Below are positions 26,382 through 40,985 of a stretch of DNA of 64,000 nt, one piece after another. The stretch lies in NCBI RefSeq assembly GCF_009914755.1, contig NC_060942.1. One strand, written 5' to 3'. A program made the position numbers and the translations under genes. The stretch's first letter is position 1. Every line of letters begins with the position of its first letter. The notes beneath the pieces were generated by a model. The model worked only from the letters and a program-made list of their open reading frames with translations. It searched no databases and was not told the DNA's origin. This DNA comes from the human T2T-CHM13v2.0 reference genome, Homo sapiens.

Positions 26382-27930
26382 TTCAAATTTATTGTTTTAA
26401 GACCATTGTAGAATCACATGCATTTATGTAAGAAATATTAATAATATTAATATGTAATATTTAATATTATTAAATATAATAATATTAAATAACAATAGAG
26501 AGAGGTCCTTGTACTCTTTACCCAGTTTTCCCCAATAGAAACATCACATAAAATGACAGTGTAACTTCAGAAACAGAGTATTAATATTGACAGTGATACA
26601 ATCCACTAATCTTATTAAGATTCCTCTAGTTTTAATTGTAGTTGTCTCTCTCTGAATGTTTGCTTCCATACCCTTTTACTAGGTGTAGTTTCTGTATGTA
26701 CCATCACCACAGTCAAGACACTGACCTTTTCCATATCTGCAAGGATCCCTCATGTTGCACTTTTATAACCATATCCATATTTCTATTTTCTTCCCACTTT
26801 ATCCCCAACTCCTGGCAACCACTAATCAGTTCTCTACCTCTGGAGTATTATCATTTCAAGAAAATCACATAAATGAAATCGTATAGTATGTAACCTTTGG
26901 AGATTGGCTTATTTTCTCACTGAGCATAAATCCTTTAGGATTCATCTAAGTTGCCATGTGTGTCAGTAGCCTGGTCCATCTCACTTCTGCATGGCTCTCC
27001 ATAGTATGCACATACCCAAGGTCTACCCATTCACCCATTGAGGGACATCTGGATTGTTGCCAGTTTTGAGCTAGTACTAAAGCTGCAATGAACATTTATG
27101 TATGGGTTTTTTTGTGAACATAAGTTTTTATTTTTCTGTAAGAAATGAACTTTCATGTATGGGTTTTTGTGTGAACATAAGTTTTTATTTTTCTGTAAGA
27201 AATGCAGCAGAGTGCAATTTCTGAGTTGTGTGTTAATGTCCTGTTTTATGAGAAACTGCTGAACTATTTTTTACAGTGACTGTATCGCTTTACATACCCA
27301 CCCGCTATGCCGTTTTTCTGCATCCTTGCCAACATTTGTTAATGTCACTATTATTGTATCCATTTTGATAGGTGTGCAGTGATATCCACTGCAATTTTAA
27401 TTTTCATTTCTCTAATGGCTAATGATAAATGTCTTTTTATGTGCTTATTTGCCATCTGTGTACCCTCTTCAATAAATGTCTCTTCACATGTTTTGCCCAT
27501 TTTCTAACTAGATTATTTGTGGGGGTTTTGGACTGTTGAGTTTTGAGACTTCTTTATAGATTCTACATACAGATCCTTTGAGGGATATATTGTTTTCTAC
27601 CAATCTGTAGTTTGTTGTTTCATTCTCTTAAAGACTTCTATTTGATTTGGAAGAAGAAGGTTCCTCTCTGAGTGGCCTTCTATTGCTAAGCTGAGGTTGG
27701 GAAATACTGGGCTTGGGTCGCGTCTTCTTTTGGATGGGAAGGTTCTAAGACGCCCTGATCCTACATTGCTCCTCCAGTCCCTGGGTCCCTAACCAAACTG
27801 CCTGTTGCATTTCACCTTTAAGTGTTCTCCTTTGGTTGTCTCTTGCATTGTTTCCAGAGTATATATGATTTTTAGCTCAGACATGTAGAAAGGGACAAGT
27901 CTATGCCATTTTTTTCTGGAGCAAAGTAGA
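26382..27930 (-). mobile_element. Old L1 (L1MC-like) 3' UTR and ORF2 end, joined to an L1M 5'-end-like segment
   Basis: Antisense L1 3' UTR/ORF2 end at 26382-27630 (CCCTCATGTTGCAC, CTGGCAACCACTAATC, TCTCTAATGGCTAATGAT). The stretch 27640-27930 resembles an antisense L1M 5' terminus. Confidence 0.75.
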
Positions 27931-28097
27931 TAATTCACATTTAACATGATTGATGAGAGTAAAAGCTAACACCCTCTTGCCAGTTGCTTTCTAATTGTTT
28001 GATCATTCTTTGTTTCCTTATTTTTAATTTGTGTTCATTCTTTGGGTTAAACAGTTTTTAGGATTTTTTTCCATCTTCTATCTTGACTTATTTTCAT

Positions 28098-28227
28098 TTA
28101 GGAGATATACCTAATGTAAATGACGAGTTAATGGGTGCAGCACACCAACATGGCACATGTATACATATGTAACAAACCTGCACGTTGTGCACATGTACCC
28201 TAGAACTTAAAGTATAATTTTTAAAAA
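28098..28227 (+). mobile_element. Very short young L1PA (PA3-5-like) 3' tip
   Basis: TTAGGAGATATACCTAATGTAAATGACGAGTTAATGGGTGCAGCACACCAACATGGCACATGTATACATATGTAACAAACCTGCACGTTGTGCACATGTACCCTAGAACTTAAAGTATAAT is near-identical to the L1PA terminus. Confidence 0.95.
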
Positions 28228-28374
28228 GTAGGCAATAATTAATTAGAGTCTACTTTCAAGTAATATTAAACCACTTTCCAACTTTACAGCAGTATATTTC
28301 CCGTGCTTTCCCACCATATTTGTGCTGTTACTGTCACATTTTACCCTTACGTTAGCTGTAAACATACTGTATTA

Positions 28375-28609
28375 CAAGTGGAGTGTTCTTACTTTGAAAT
28401 GCATGTGGCCATAATAATTTTGGATTTGGGATTTTTTCAAATTTTGGAATATTTGCATTATGTTTACCAGGTTAGCATCCTTCATCTGAATATCTGAAAT
28501 CCAAAATACTCCAATGAGCACTTTATTTGAGAGTCATGTTGGTACTCAAAAAGCTTCACATTTTGGAGCATTTGGCTTTTAAGTTTTCTAATTAGGGATG
28601 CTCAACCTG
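28375..28609 (+). mobile_element. Tigger4a/MER46A-type TcMar DNA transposon MITE
   Basis: Degenerate terminal inverted repeats (CAAGTGGAGTGTTC... and ...GGGATGCTCAACCTG), internal TTTTGGAATATTTGCATTAT and CTCCAATGAGCA, and TA flanks on both sides. Confidence 0.88.
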
Positions 28610-28614
28610 TACTG

Positions 28615-29800
28615 TGATTTTTGCTTTACATAGTAATCATCTTGTATAGTAATTAATGATAAGTAAAAAGAAATTTGTGTGCACCCTTTGTTTACTCCAT
28701 TCCCAGTACTGTTCTTTTTTTTTGCCCTAATTTTTAGTCTGAAATCATAGTTCCTCAACTTTAAGAACTTTCTTTGATGTCTTTTGTTGAGATTGTCTGC
28801 TAGCAATGAATTTCTTGAATTTTACTTTTTTGGGAGAATTATTTATTTTTGAAAGATAATTTCACTGGAAATAGGATTTTTATTTTATTTTTATTTTGTC
28901 TCCTTTCTGCACTCTAAAAGTGTCCACTCATTGTCTTCTATCTAGCACAGTTCCTGATGAGGAGTGAGCTGCTTTTAGCTTTGTTTCTCAGTGTGTGATG
29001 TTTCCTTATACTCTGGTTGCTTTCAAGATTTCCTTGTTTGATTTTACTTTAAACAATTTGAGTATAATATACTTAGATAATATTCGTCTGTGTGTATGTG
29101 CGTGTGCATGCCAGGGGACATATGTGTTTCATTTTGTTTTGCTGTGACCTCTTGGGGGAATTTATTCTGCTTGGTGTTATCTAAACTTCTGGATCTATGG
29201 CTCAGTGTCTGTGTCAATTCTAGAAAATTCTTGGCCGTTTTTTCTTCAAATATTTATCTTGCCCTGTTCTCTCTCTTTTTCTTCTAGGATGCCAATTACC
29301 AATATTTCAGGTTATTTGCTGTTGTCCCCTGGATATTTTGTATTGACGTAACTTAAAGTTCACTGACTTTTACCTTGGCAGTGTCGATTTATTTATTTCT
29401 GTTCTTATCTTTATTTCCCTACGAAAGGATTAATTTGCTCTTTTTTGACTTTTTTAACGTGGAAACTTACATAATTGACTTGAGATGTTACTTCTTTTAA
29501 AATGTAAGCACTGAATACCACAGATTTTCCTCAGAGCACCATTCTCACTGCATCCACATATTTGGAACACTGACTTTTATTCAATTTATTTAAAGTATTT
29601 GATAGTTTACTTTATGATTTCTTCTTTGGACCATAATGTATCCTGACATGTATTATTTAATTTGCAAACACTTAGGGATTTTTTCACATATCTTTTTGTT
29701 ATTGATTTCTGGTTCAACTCAATTGTGATCAGAAAATATGCTTTGCATAATTTCAATCATACAAAACTTACTTAGTCTCGTTTTTATTTCCAATATTAGT
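28615..29800 (-). mobile_element. Old L1M fragments (ORF1 and inter-ORF region)
   Basis: TTTTGAAAGATAATTTCACTGGA, TGCTTTCAAGATTT and AAAATTCTTGGCCGTTTTTTCTTCAAATATT are typical antisense ancient L1. Confidence 0.65.
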
Positions 29801-30193
29801 CATTTGTAATTGTGGAGAATTCAATCTTGCCTATAGTTCCCAGTGTTCTTGAAAAAGTGCTAGCCCCCTGACACTCTTTACATCTCACGGAAACCTAATC
29901 TGAAGTCATTTTCTAGTTAATTGCTCTGATTCAAAAAGGTAATCAGACTTCTCTAGTGTCTTCAAGTGGCCAACACTGCCTGAAGGTCACCAGAGATAAA
30001 TAAAGTGTAGGACATTGGAGACATCTCTGGATCATACAACCCAAGACACACATGTCTGCTGCTTCGTGGGGAGATTTTTTTTTTTTTTTACACACCGAAG
30101 CACAGCAGTGAACAGGAGACCTCTCAGAAAGGATGGGCCAGTTACTTGCTTTCCTCTCACAAGCAGAAATAGTCCTGTATTCTTGTTCTTCAC

Positions 30194-30830
30194 TGTACTA
30201 GGGTACTAGGGCTATCGTAACCAATTACCACAAAGTTGGTGGCTGAAAACAACAGAAGTCTATTCTCTCGTCGTTCTGCAGAGAAGAGGTCTGAAATCAA
30301 GGTGTTGGCAGGGTTGTGGTCCATTCGCATTGTGGCTTCCGTATTGCTGGAAATCCCTGGTTACAGGCACATCAATCCTGTCTCTGCCTTCATTACTCCC
30401 GTCTCTGCCTCTGTCACTCTGTCTCTGCCTCTATCACTCCCATCTCTGCCTCTGTCACTCCCATCTCTGCCTCCGTCACTCCTGTCTCTGCCTCCGTCAC
30501 TCCATCTATGCCTCTGTCACTCCATCTCTGCCTCTGTCACTCCCGTCTCTGCCTCCGTCACTCCGGTCTCTGCTTCCATCACTCCATCTCTGCCTCTGTC
30601 ACTCCGTCTCTGCCTCCATCATTACGTGGCACTCCCCTTTCTCCCTCTGCTTGTGTGTCTTCACCTCTACTTATAAGTGCACCACTCATACTGGATTAAA
30701 GCCCATCCTAATAACCTCATCTCAACTTGTTTATTTCTGCAAGGTCAAATTTCCAAATAAGCTCTCATTAACAGGTATGAGACACTAGGACTTTGACATA
30801 TCTTTTGGGATACAAAATTTTATCCATAAG
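30194..30830 (-). mobile_element. MLT1C-like MaLR solo LTR with internal minisatellite
   Basis: AATTACCACAAAGTTGGTGGCTGAAAACAACAGAA...TCTGAAATCAAGGTGTTGGCAGGG...TTTCCAAATAAG...AGGACTTTGACATATCTTTTGGG. Confidence 0.8.
30374..30620. repeat. Minisatellite, 20-21 bp unit (ACTCC[C]RTCTCTGCCTCYRTC), about 12 copies
   Basis: Tandem units seen directly. They generate the S/L/P-rich ORFs at 30236-30788. Confidence 0.95.
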
Positions 30831-30957
30831 AGAGATGTCCCATAATATTTAAGTTTAACCTGTCCAAATTAAAATTCTGATCTTCCCAACTGGAAATATC
30901 CTCTGGTGATATTCTTCTCATCTGATGTCAAAGTTGCCCATCACAAATCTTGGAGTC

Positions 30958-31299
30958 GGCCAGGTGTGGTGGCTCATGCCTGTAATCCAAGTACTTTGGG
31001 AAGCTGAGGTGGGTGGATCACTTGAGGTCACGAGTTTGAGATCAGCCTGGCCAACATGGCGAAACCCCATCTCTACCAAAAACACAAAAACTAGCCAGGC
31101 CTGGTGGCATGTGCCTGTAATCCCAGCTACTTGGGAGGTTGAGGCAGGAGGATCCCTTGAACCTGGGAGGCAGAGGTTGCACCACTGCACCACAGCCTGG
31201 GCAACAGAGTAAAAATTCATCTCAAAAAAAAAAAAACAAACAAACCACCACCACAACAAAACAAAACAAAACAAAACAAACACACAACAACAAAAAAAA
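30958..31299 (+). mobile_element. AluS-type with right-arm deletion and a long A/C-rich tail
   Basis: GGCCAGGTGTGGTGGCTCATGCC... The right arm lacks AGTGAGCCGAGATC. TSD core CTTGGAGTC at 30949-30957 and 31300-31308. It sits in L2-like flanks. Confidence 0.93.
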
Positions 31300-32170
31300 C
31301 TTGGAGTCCTTTGTCATTTCTGACTAATTTTTCTTACATCTAATCTCTAAAGAAATCTTGCTTATATGTACATATATATAAGCACTTATTCACCTCTTAT
31401 CACCACTTCCATTGTTCCTCCCTTCGTTTCAAGCATCATATTTATAATTGTTTTCTAATATTCCATTGTGCCCCTCTACTATAACTTATAGAACTAGTAT
31501 TTTAATGGATAATTTTACTCCCACTTTTTTGCTATTAAAAACAGCACTGCAATCACCATTCCTATGTAAACATGTTTCTAGACTTAAGCAATTATTGCTT
31601 CCAAGTAAAGTCCTAGAAGTTGCAGAATCAAAGGTAAGCACATTTTACATTTTGTTACATCTCACTCTATTGCCTTTTGAAAGGTGGTATAAACTGGTCC
31701 CCTTTAAATAATCAGTAGCTAACAGCAAAGATAAACTTTTCTGCTTTCTGATATGAATCTTGACTTTTGAGAAAAATTAAGCCATTTTCTTCTTAGATTT
31801 ACTTACTAATATTTTTTGTGTGCCCACAAGGCACTGTTTAGACACAAGTCCTGCTCTCATGGAGCTAAAATTTCAGTTGAGAAGACAGACAGACAGACAG
31901 ACTACAAATTATGACCATAGTAAACAAATAGGCTTATATAGTGTTTTAATTAGAAGGTGACTTTCACGTGGAAATGAGCAGCAGGTCAGGGAGCCAGAAG
32001 TGTAGTGAGGCAAGAGTTTCCCTTCTGGATGAGAAGATCAAGGACTCACTGCGAAGTTGATGACAGAGCAGAGGCTGGAGGAGGAGGGCTTCACTCTGCA
32101 GCCCTCTGTGACGGGGGCATTCCAGGTGGAGGAAACACCAGGGCAAGCCTCAAGGAAGAAGCATCCTTGG

Positions 32171-33733
32171 TGTCACATGATCCTTAGGGTGTCGCCTTCC
32201 CAGCTGGAAGTGCCTGTGGCTAGTGGTGCCTTTGTGCAAGTTTGGCTTGGGCTGCAGAGCTCGTTCCGCCCACTCGGCCTAGCAGGCTGTGCTTGGCTCT
32301 TGCTACCAGTCTGGGTCCCGTGCCTGCCAAGGGTGAGCCAGGTGTGGAGCAGCAAGGGGTGCATGAATGAGCAAGTGCAGGGTCTGGCTACTGCACACAG
32401 CCAGGCACTCCAGCTGCTGCGGGGCAGGCAGCTCCAGGTGCCAGCACAGGTGCTGGCTCCCTGCAAGGCTGTGGCCAGACCAGGCATACTGCAAGCGGTT
32501 TCCACTCTGAGGACTGGAAACGGAAACACAATGGAGCCTGGAAGCTTGGAGATGCCAGGAACCACAGAGCCCCAAAGAAGGTGTCACAGCCCTGGCTCAG
32601 GGAGCTCCTAGATCAGGGTTCCCTGAAGGGCCACAACTCTTCTCTCCTTCTCTCTTCTCTCCTTCTCTCTTCTCTCCTTCTCGTTGCCCATAACATGGTG
32701 AGTGGGGGGCATGTTTCAGCCCTGTTTGTGTAATAGCTCTTTCAGTCCCACCATTTGGTGGGTCCCAAGTTCTTGTCCCATGTCCAGAAAGAATGAGGTA
32801 CACAGACAACTGAAGTGTGAGCAAGGCAAAGAGGTGCTTTATTGAGTGATAGCACAGGTCTCAGGAGACCTAAAGTGGGTAGCACCTTTCTGCAGGCAGG
32901 TCATCCTGACAAGTGTGCAGCCCTCAGCAGAGAGGAGACCCGGAGTGGATAGCTCCTATCTGCAGGCAGGTTGACCTGTTCTCTCTGTGGGTCTGACTGA
33001 GTCAGGGGTTTTTATAGGCTTCAGAAGGGAGGGAGTGCATGCTAACTGATCAGTGGGCAGCCATGGGTGAGCCCGGGAAAAGCACCGTAAGTTCTCACTC
33101 TGGGTTGCAGATTCCACCTAGAACTGACAGCCTGGCCCTCAGGCTTCAGGCCATCCTTGGCTTGAAGGTGGGCCTTCACCAGGGACCTGTCCCTTGCCAC
33201 CATCTATATGTCATCCATGGCTCCCAGGCTGTTTGTGCTGAGGGGCACCTGCAGGCCCGTGCTGAGTTACCCTCAGCCACTACTTGGCCTCCCTCCTGTG
33301 CTGGTGGGCACCCAAGGTCTGGAGGGGGCCAAGGCAGCAGGGGACTGGTGTATCAGTGCCACCAGGAGTTCAGGCATACCTGGAAGAGTGGCAACAGCAC
33401 CCAGGCTCAGCCACAACTTTGCTCCAAAATCAGAGCAGGTGCCAGGAGTGGGGAGAGGCCAGGCAGAGGGAGCAGACACCTCTGAGCCTGTGAGGGGAAG
33501 GGAGCTTCCCAGGCCCACAAGAGCACAGGGATGCCTAGGTCTGCAGCTATGGCTGGGTGACTGCAGCTGCAACCAGGAGGGCAAGCAGGAGCCCCACCAA
33601 CTTGGATGGGGGAGGGGCTTTCACCTGTTCCCAGCTCCCATCGACTGGTGGAGTGTGCAGCCCCAGCTGTACCTCCCCTGCTGCAGCTGGCATCATGGTA
33701 GCAGCCACTCCAGATGGGCCACTGCTGCCATCC
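32171..33733 (-). mobile_element. MER52-type ERV1 long solo LTR
   Basis: GC-rich 1.56 kb block from TGTCACATGATCCTTAGGGTGTCGC to CCACTGCTGCCATC, the reverse complement of the MER52 TGATGGCAGC... start. CTTTATTGAG gives a minus-strand AATAAA at ~32838. Confidence 0.82.
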
Positions 33734-34214
33734 CTAGCATGATCAACAAAGAGCCAGGGACCAGTGAGGCTGGAGCTGAGGGGTGAGGGAGGAGCAGAAG
33801 GAAGTGAAGGAAGAAAGGTTGCTGCCTTCTGTGGTCAGTTCTTGGAGGCTTGGCAAGCGGTAAGGGAGCTTGGCTTTTCCTCTTAGTGACACAGGGGCCA
33901 CTGGAGGGTGAGGAGCAGAGGAGTCATAGAGGAGTCACGTGACCTGGTCCACCTTCAGAACTGTGCATGGAACAGGATGCAGGAAGCAAAGATGGGGGCA
34001 GTTTCCAATTATATGGCCCTCGTTTCTTCTGAAGTCCTCACCAGAAGTGCTTCTAACAGCAAATTTCTACCAACTGCCTTTTCAAGGCAATCTGGACTTT
34101 TGCTATATGCTCCTCAAAAAATTTCTTCCAACCTCTACCCATTGTCCAACTCCATGGCCATTTCGGTATTGCTATGTGTTTGTGACAGCACCACTCCACT
34201 GTCAGTACCAAAAT

Positions 34215-34740
34215 GTGCATTTGTTAGAGCTCTACTAGAGAAATAGAACAAGTGTGTTTGTGTGTGTGTGTACAGAAAAGTGCAAGCAAACCACAATCCT
34301 AAATTCCCTGTATGAGTTCTACAATTTGTTAAATAAAATTATTTTCAAAATCATGAATTATATCTTCTACTGTTTATAAAATAATGCATTAATAGAAAGA
34401 GAGATTGCAAGAAATCGGCTTAAGCAATTTTGGGTACTGGCTCACCACATCTGAAATCTCTGGAGGAGACCAGCAGGCTGGAAACTCTCAAGCAGAGCTG
34501 ATGCTAAGTCCACAGGCAGAATTTCTTCTTCCTTAGGGAAACCTCAGTTTTGCCCCTAAGACCTTTCAACTGATCAGATGGGGCTCACCCAGATTATAGA
34601 AGATGATCTTCTTCACCTAAAGTCAACTGCTTGTAGATATCTTCACATCTACAAAATACCCTCCCAGCAACACCTATATTAGTGTTTAATTGAACAATAT
34701 TATAGCCTGACCACGTCAACATGTAAAACTGTCATACTCA
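34215..34740 (-). mobile_element. MLT2 (MLT2D-like, ERVL) LTR
   Basis: CAGCAGGCTGGAAACTC...GGCAGAATTTCTTCTTCC...GGAAACCTCAGTTTTG...AAAGTCAACTG...CACATCTACAAAATACC...AGCAACACCTA. Confidence 0.8.
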
Positions 34741-37700
34741 ACTGTGGGTGTCCAGTCATTTGTGGAGGAAGAATGCCGTGTCATATCTCTTCAGAGGTAA
34801 ATGCTAGAGGCAAAAAAGGGATGGATACACTTATTATTTACTGTAAGGCATTTAATCAGAAATCTGTCTCTGATCCAGAATGCCTCATGTGTGAATTCAG
34901 CACAAAATTAATAAAGATGAACATTAAAAACCAGCGGTCATCAAACAATAAAATAATCAATTTTAAGGAAAATATTTACTGGTTTAATTAAATGTTACAG
35001 TTTTTGAGAACATCTTCCAAAACATGCACCAAAAATTTATTGCTATAACTCATCTGAAAGTCTCAACATCTGTTGAGTGTGGATAAAATGTGTCTGTACT
35101 CAGTGGACTGTTAATATAAAATTATACTGTATCCTGTTTACTATTCGGTGAGGAAAACAGTTAAAACTGACCTTAGTGTATATACGTTGGCTCCTTCCTC
35201 CATGTCTTTCCTTTTATCGACTTATTTTTGGGTTCTTTTTTATTGAGTTCATATTTTTATTAAATTCTTAAGCACATAAAGGTATTTGTTGATGTTTCTT
35301 GAAAAGGTTCTCCGCCCCCCACAACTGTGTTCTTCTCCTGGTTTTACATGATGTTTTTAAAAAATTCAATAACTAATTAATTTTTGCCATTAATATATGA
35401 TTTATTGTATTTTATTTTGGTCTTGGGAATATAGTGGTGCAGATGTCAGACAGAATCCTGGCACCTGTGGAATATAAGCCCTATACCTAGAGGCAGAAAA
35501 AGTCAACTCAACAATGAATCCCATGTAATAGCTTGTAAAGAAGCCTCTCTCGCCCAACCTGGAGCATCTTCTCAGCCCCAAGAAGTGAACTTCAAGCCCC
35601 TTGCATTGGAAGATGGGCAGTTGTTATTGCCTTCCTGGTTGTGCCCACAGTTGCAGGTCCAGACTTTTCTCCTGTGGGGTGTTCTCTTTCTCTTTTTATC
35701 CAGAGACACCTTCTCCAAACTATGATACTGTGAGAATTCTAGGGATTTTATCTATTCATATTCTGAGCACAGCTTTTAGGAGCCAGGGGTAGAACTGAAA
35801 TGTTCACACTGATGGTTCAGAATCTTTAATTTCTTATCCACCACAATCCCATCTACTTGAATGGTGGTTGCTGGCACATTTTAGCTAGTTTTAGGTTGTA
35901 TATACCAATTTGCATCCTCATATTTAACTTGTACATCTGAACTTTGCTCCTTTGCCATCATTTCCCTTAGACGTTGCCTAGGTAACATTCTGTGGCCAGG
36001 CCCCATTCTGCCCTCTTCACCTAAAAATCAGGTACTTAACTTAATACAGCTACCTTAATATCTCCTGGAACAAAATTCTTGGTATTATTTAACAAGTGAT
36101 CTTTTCTGTCTTCTTATAGGGTCCATAAGCATTCAAATAGATGATCCTATCTGTCAGCTTCACACAACCATATCTGTAGGCTCTAGATGGGTATCTGAAA
36201 TCAATAGGAATGGAATCATGGTAATTAAATTATAGCACTTACATATAATTACACTTATGTAAAAAATGCCCACCCCTACTCAGAGCTACTCCTGAATATG
36301 ACGGATATAAATCTTCATAAATGATCAGTTCTCCTTGGGGGTGGGGAGGGGAAAGAGCGTTAATCTTTAAAATTATGCCGGGAAAAATTAGGATACTGGA
36401 ACGATTTCACTTCAGAGAAATCATTTGATTCAAACTCCAACTTTAAACAGGCACTTTTCAATAATTTTTATCTTTGAAATTTAATTTTAATGAAAAACTC
36501 TCTGTAAATCTTTACCTTGAAGGAAGCTAATCTCTGAGGGAGCATTTCTTGAGAGTGGAGTTAAGCGGGCCTTAAAGTCAGGGCTCTTTGACTCACACCT
36601 TCATGTTATCAGGAACATACGTGAGGCTTGGCATCTAGTGAGTGTTTAATCAATGAACTGATGCCTGCTTGAATAAACTGATTGATTCATTAAGATGACA
36701 TCACAAAAGAGGTCTCCTCTCCCAAGCATTCAGTAACACAACCTAACGACTACTTTGTGTTAGATGAGATTGATTTGCAGATTGGGCGTGTACTACCTAA
36801 GGTCATCAGAAGGAACGGGCTTGTGAGAGTTTGCAAGAAGGCTGGCCTCAGGGTCTGCTTGGAGAGTTGGGTGACAGGGAGTCGTAGATGGCATAGCTGG
36901 ACCTCAGGGTAGGTGAGCTTCTCAGGACAGAGAGGAACTCAGGGCATCATGTGGTGAGAAGTAGACTGAGTATAAAAAGTTCTATAACTTCACAGAGGTT
37001 TAACCTGTTTTTTGATGATTATTAAGCAGTAATGATATCAGGGGGATTCCTTGAAGAGATAGGAGGAAGTTTTCAAGGTGTAGGGGGCTTTGAGGGGGAA
37101 GGAGGATGGAACTGGATTTCCAAAGCCACGAGGTGGGAAGTGCTTATTATTTGCTCTCTCTGAAGAGGCGGGAATGAGCTTCACCATTATGTCCTTGAGC
37201 TATAAAGGAAAACCCTCCAAAAATTTGCCTTAATTTAGTGGCAATTCACTTGTCTTAGTTCATAATATATTCACTCAAGTGAGTGCAGATTGAAGCCACA
37301 TTAATAGAATTATAGTGAAGACTGCAAGCACAGCCACTGTTTGTCCAGTGCACTCATACAGTGCAGCCCACATCTGGAGGGTGCAGCCTAGCCTGGGTCC
37401 CTGTGGAAGGCATCCTTGTCTGCATGATGAGTCACTACTTCTGCGAGGGTGAGGAGAAGGAAACCACTTCTTAGGGGACTGATGGAAGGAACAGATGGGA
37501 AAATTTGCTTAGCGCCCTCTGCTCAGTGGTGGCGCATGACACATCTTTCCAAATAGTTGGTGTCCTGTTCATAGGAAAAGTTAAGATATTTAATTTGTGT
37601 TGCTTCAAACTGATGAGCCGAGAGCAAGTTTTGGTGCGGCAGCTTTCTGCTCATTATAAGGATGTTCTTGAGGTGAGTTAGAGCTGTCTCATGGAGAGGC

Positions 37701-39169
37701 TACCTTGACAGCTACAAGCTGCCTGTTACTGCAAGTGTGCAGAGGGAAGGATGGGGACTATTTCTGCAGAAACTGTGGAGATCTCCGCATCGGGTGCAGC
37801 TTGGTCTAAATGAGAGTAGTATATCTCTAACTCCGACTCTGGATGATTTTGTATACTTCCTCCTTACTTTTCTCTTTCCATGCAAGTTTTTAAAAATTTA
37901 ACTTATTTCCTTTTATGCTTGAGTTTACTCCTCTTGCTCTTCCTGTTCTTTGACTTGCTGCTCAAAACTAATGACCTCTTTTTCTTTTCAATTGTTCACA
38001 TGCAAACCATATTCCACTTCAATGAGCTTCAGCGAATTTGTTCAATCAAATATTGGTGCAAATATTTGATCATTGACCATTAACTAGGGGAAAAAAATTG
38101 TTTTGCAGGTTACAGCTTTCAGCAAGATACTGAGTGTTGTATTAGGAATGAACTATTTTGCTGAATATGGTGGATATAGAGTTTTTGGGTTTTGTGGTTC
38201 CTCTTGTAACTTCTTCAAGCTGCTCCAGTCAGTAAGGAAATAAGCACAAGCTTGACAGGGCAGCCTGTCTCACACTGATGAGAAATAGTAGTATTTGTCT
38301 TCCAAGCACAATACAAACCAGTTTTGATGATCCAGGCCAATTTCTGCAGAGCACTTCCAGCTGATACTTCTTCCACTCCATTCATTTGGTTGTGCTATGA
38401 CTTTGATCACTTCTCTTTGCAAATCACTACCCTCAAATTAGTAGCCATAGACATTTCATTCTGTTAAATTTTCTTCTCTTAATTCAAAATTTTTATTCAA
38501 GTATATATCCTCACCTGTTCAAGTCATTTTCATTCATTTGTTAATTCATATTATTAAAAATTTAGTTATTGAATGCAGGCTTCAGGCCAGCACATGGTGG
38601 ACACCTGGCCAAAGAAGACTGGACCCTTGCGTTTGCCGAGCTCCCTGGCTCATGGAAGACACAAACTAACAAAATATTTGGCCAGCAGCAAATAGACATT
38701 GGGTGTAGTGAATAAAGTGTTCACTGAATAGTATCAGCATTGATGATTTTGGTTCCATGGGGAAGGCAATTCTAATGAGCAAGCTTAATTGTCACTACAC
38801 ACTGTTAATTCCATGATTGAAGTAAGAATGCCATGAAGAAGGAAACCAGAAGAACGAATGCAGGTTGACTGTGGAAAAGGAGCTCTGCCTGGGACCCATG
38901 CAGCTCTGACTATGCTGCTTGGCAGGGTTTGAGCTCGGCTCACAGTCCCAAGAGATATTATCATGGAGTGGCTATTAAGTTGTAGCACAGATTCTTACCA
39001 TCACTTAAACAATTCTGTTACTATAACTGACTTTATTAAACCCAGGTTAATTCAGGGGGCTGGTGGGCAGGTGTGTATTTTCCTGTTTATATCACCTGAG
39101 CTCATTCTTCTATGCAACTTTGTTCATATGTCACAGAGGACACAGGTGCATCTCCTTATTTATTTACTT

Positions 39170-40500
<1,331 letters not shown>

Positions 40501-40627
40501 CTTTGTTTACATCATCTCACAGAAGACATACAGGCAATTTCTTCATCAAGAAAGTAATATAGGGCACATTTTATTGTGTATCTACTTTTTCAGAAGGGAT
40601 ATAGACTGATAAATAAGTTGATTCTAG

Positions 40628-40985
<358 letters not shown>

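Noticed and set aside
26433-26495. AT-only quasi-palindromic stretch as a cruciform element
   Set aside because: Short low-complexity expansion inside an L1 3' UTR. Self-complementarity is expected by chance.
30236-30788. Ser/Leu/Pro- or Cys/His-rich repeat proteins
   Set aside because: Artefact of a stop-free minisatellite open in all three frames.
32057-33786. 184-aa and 192-aa ORFs
   Set aside because: They lie within the GC-rich MER52 LTR, where stop codons are rare, and show no protein-family resemblance.
37610-37632. Hammerhead ribozyme core CUGAUGAG (also at ~7117)
   Set aside because: A short stem II is possible, but the obligatory GAAA and stems I/III with a UH cleavage site are absent.
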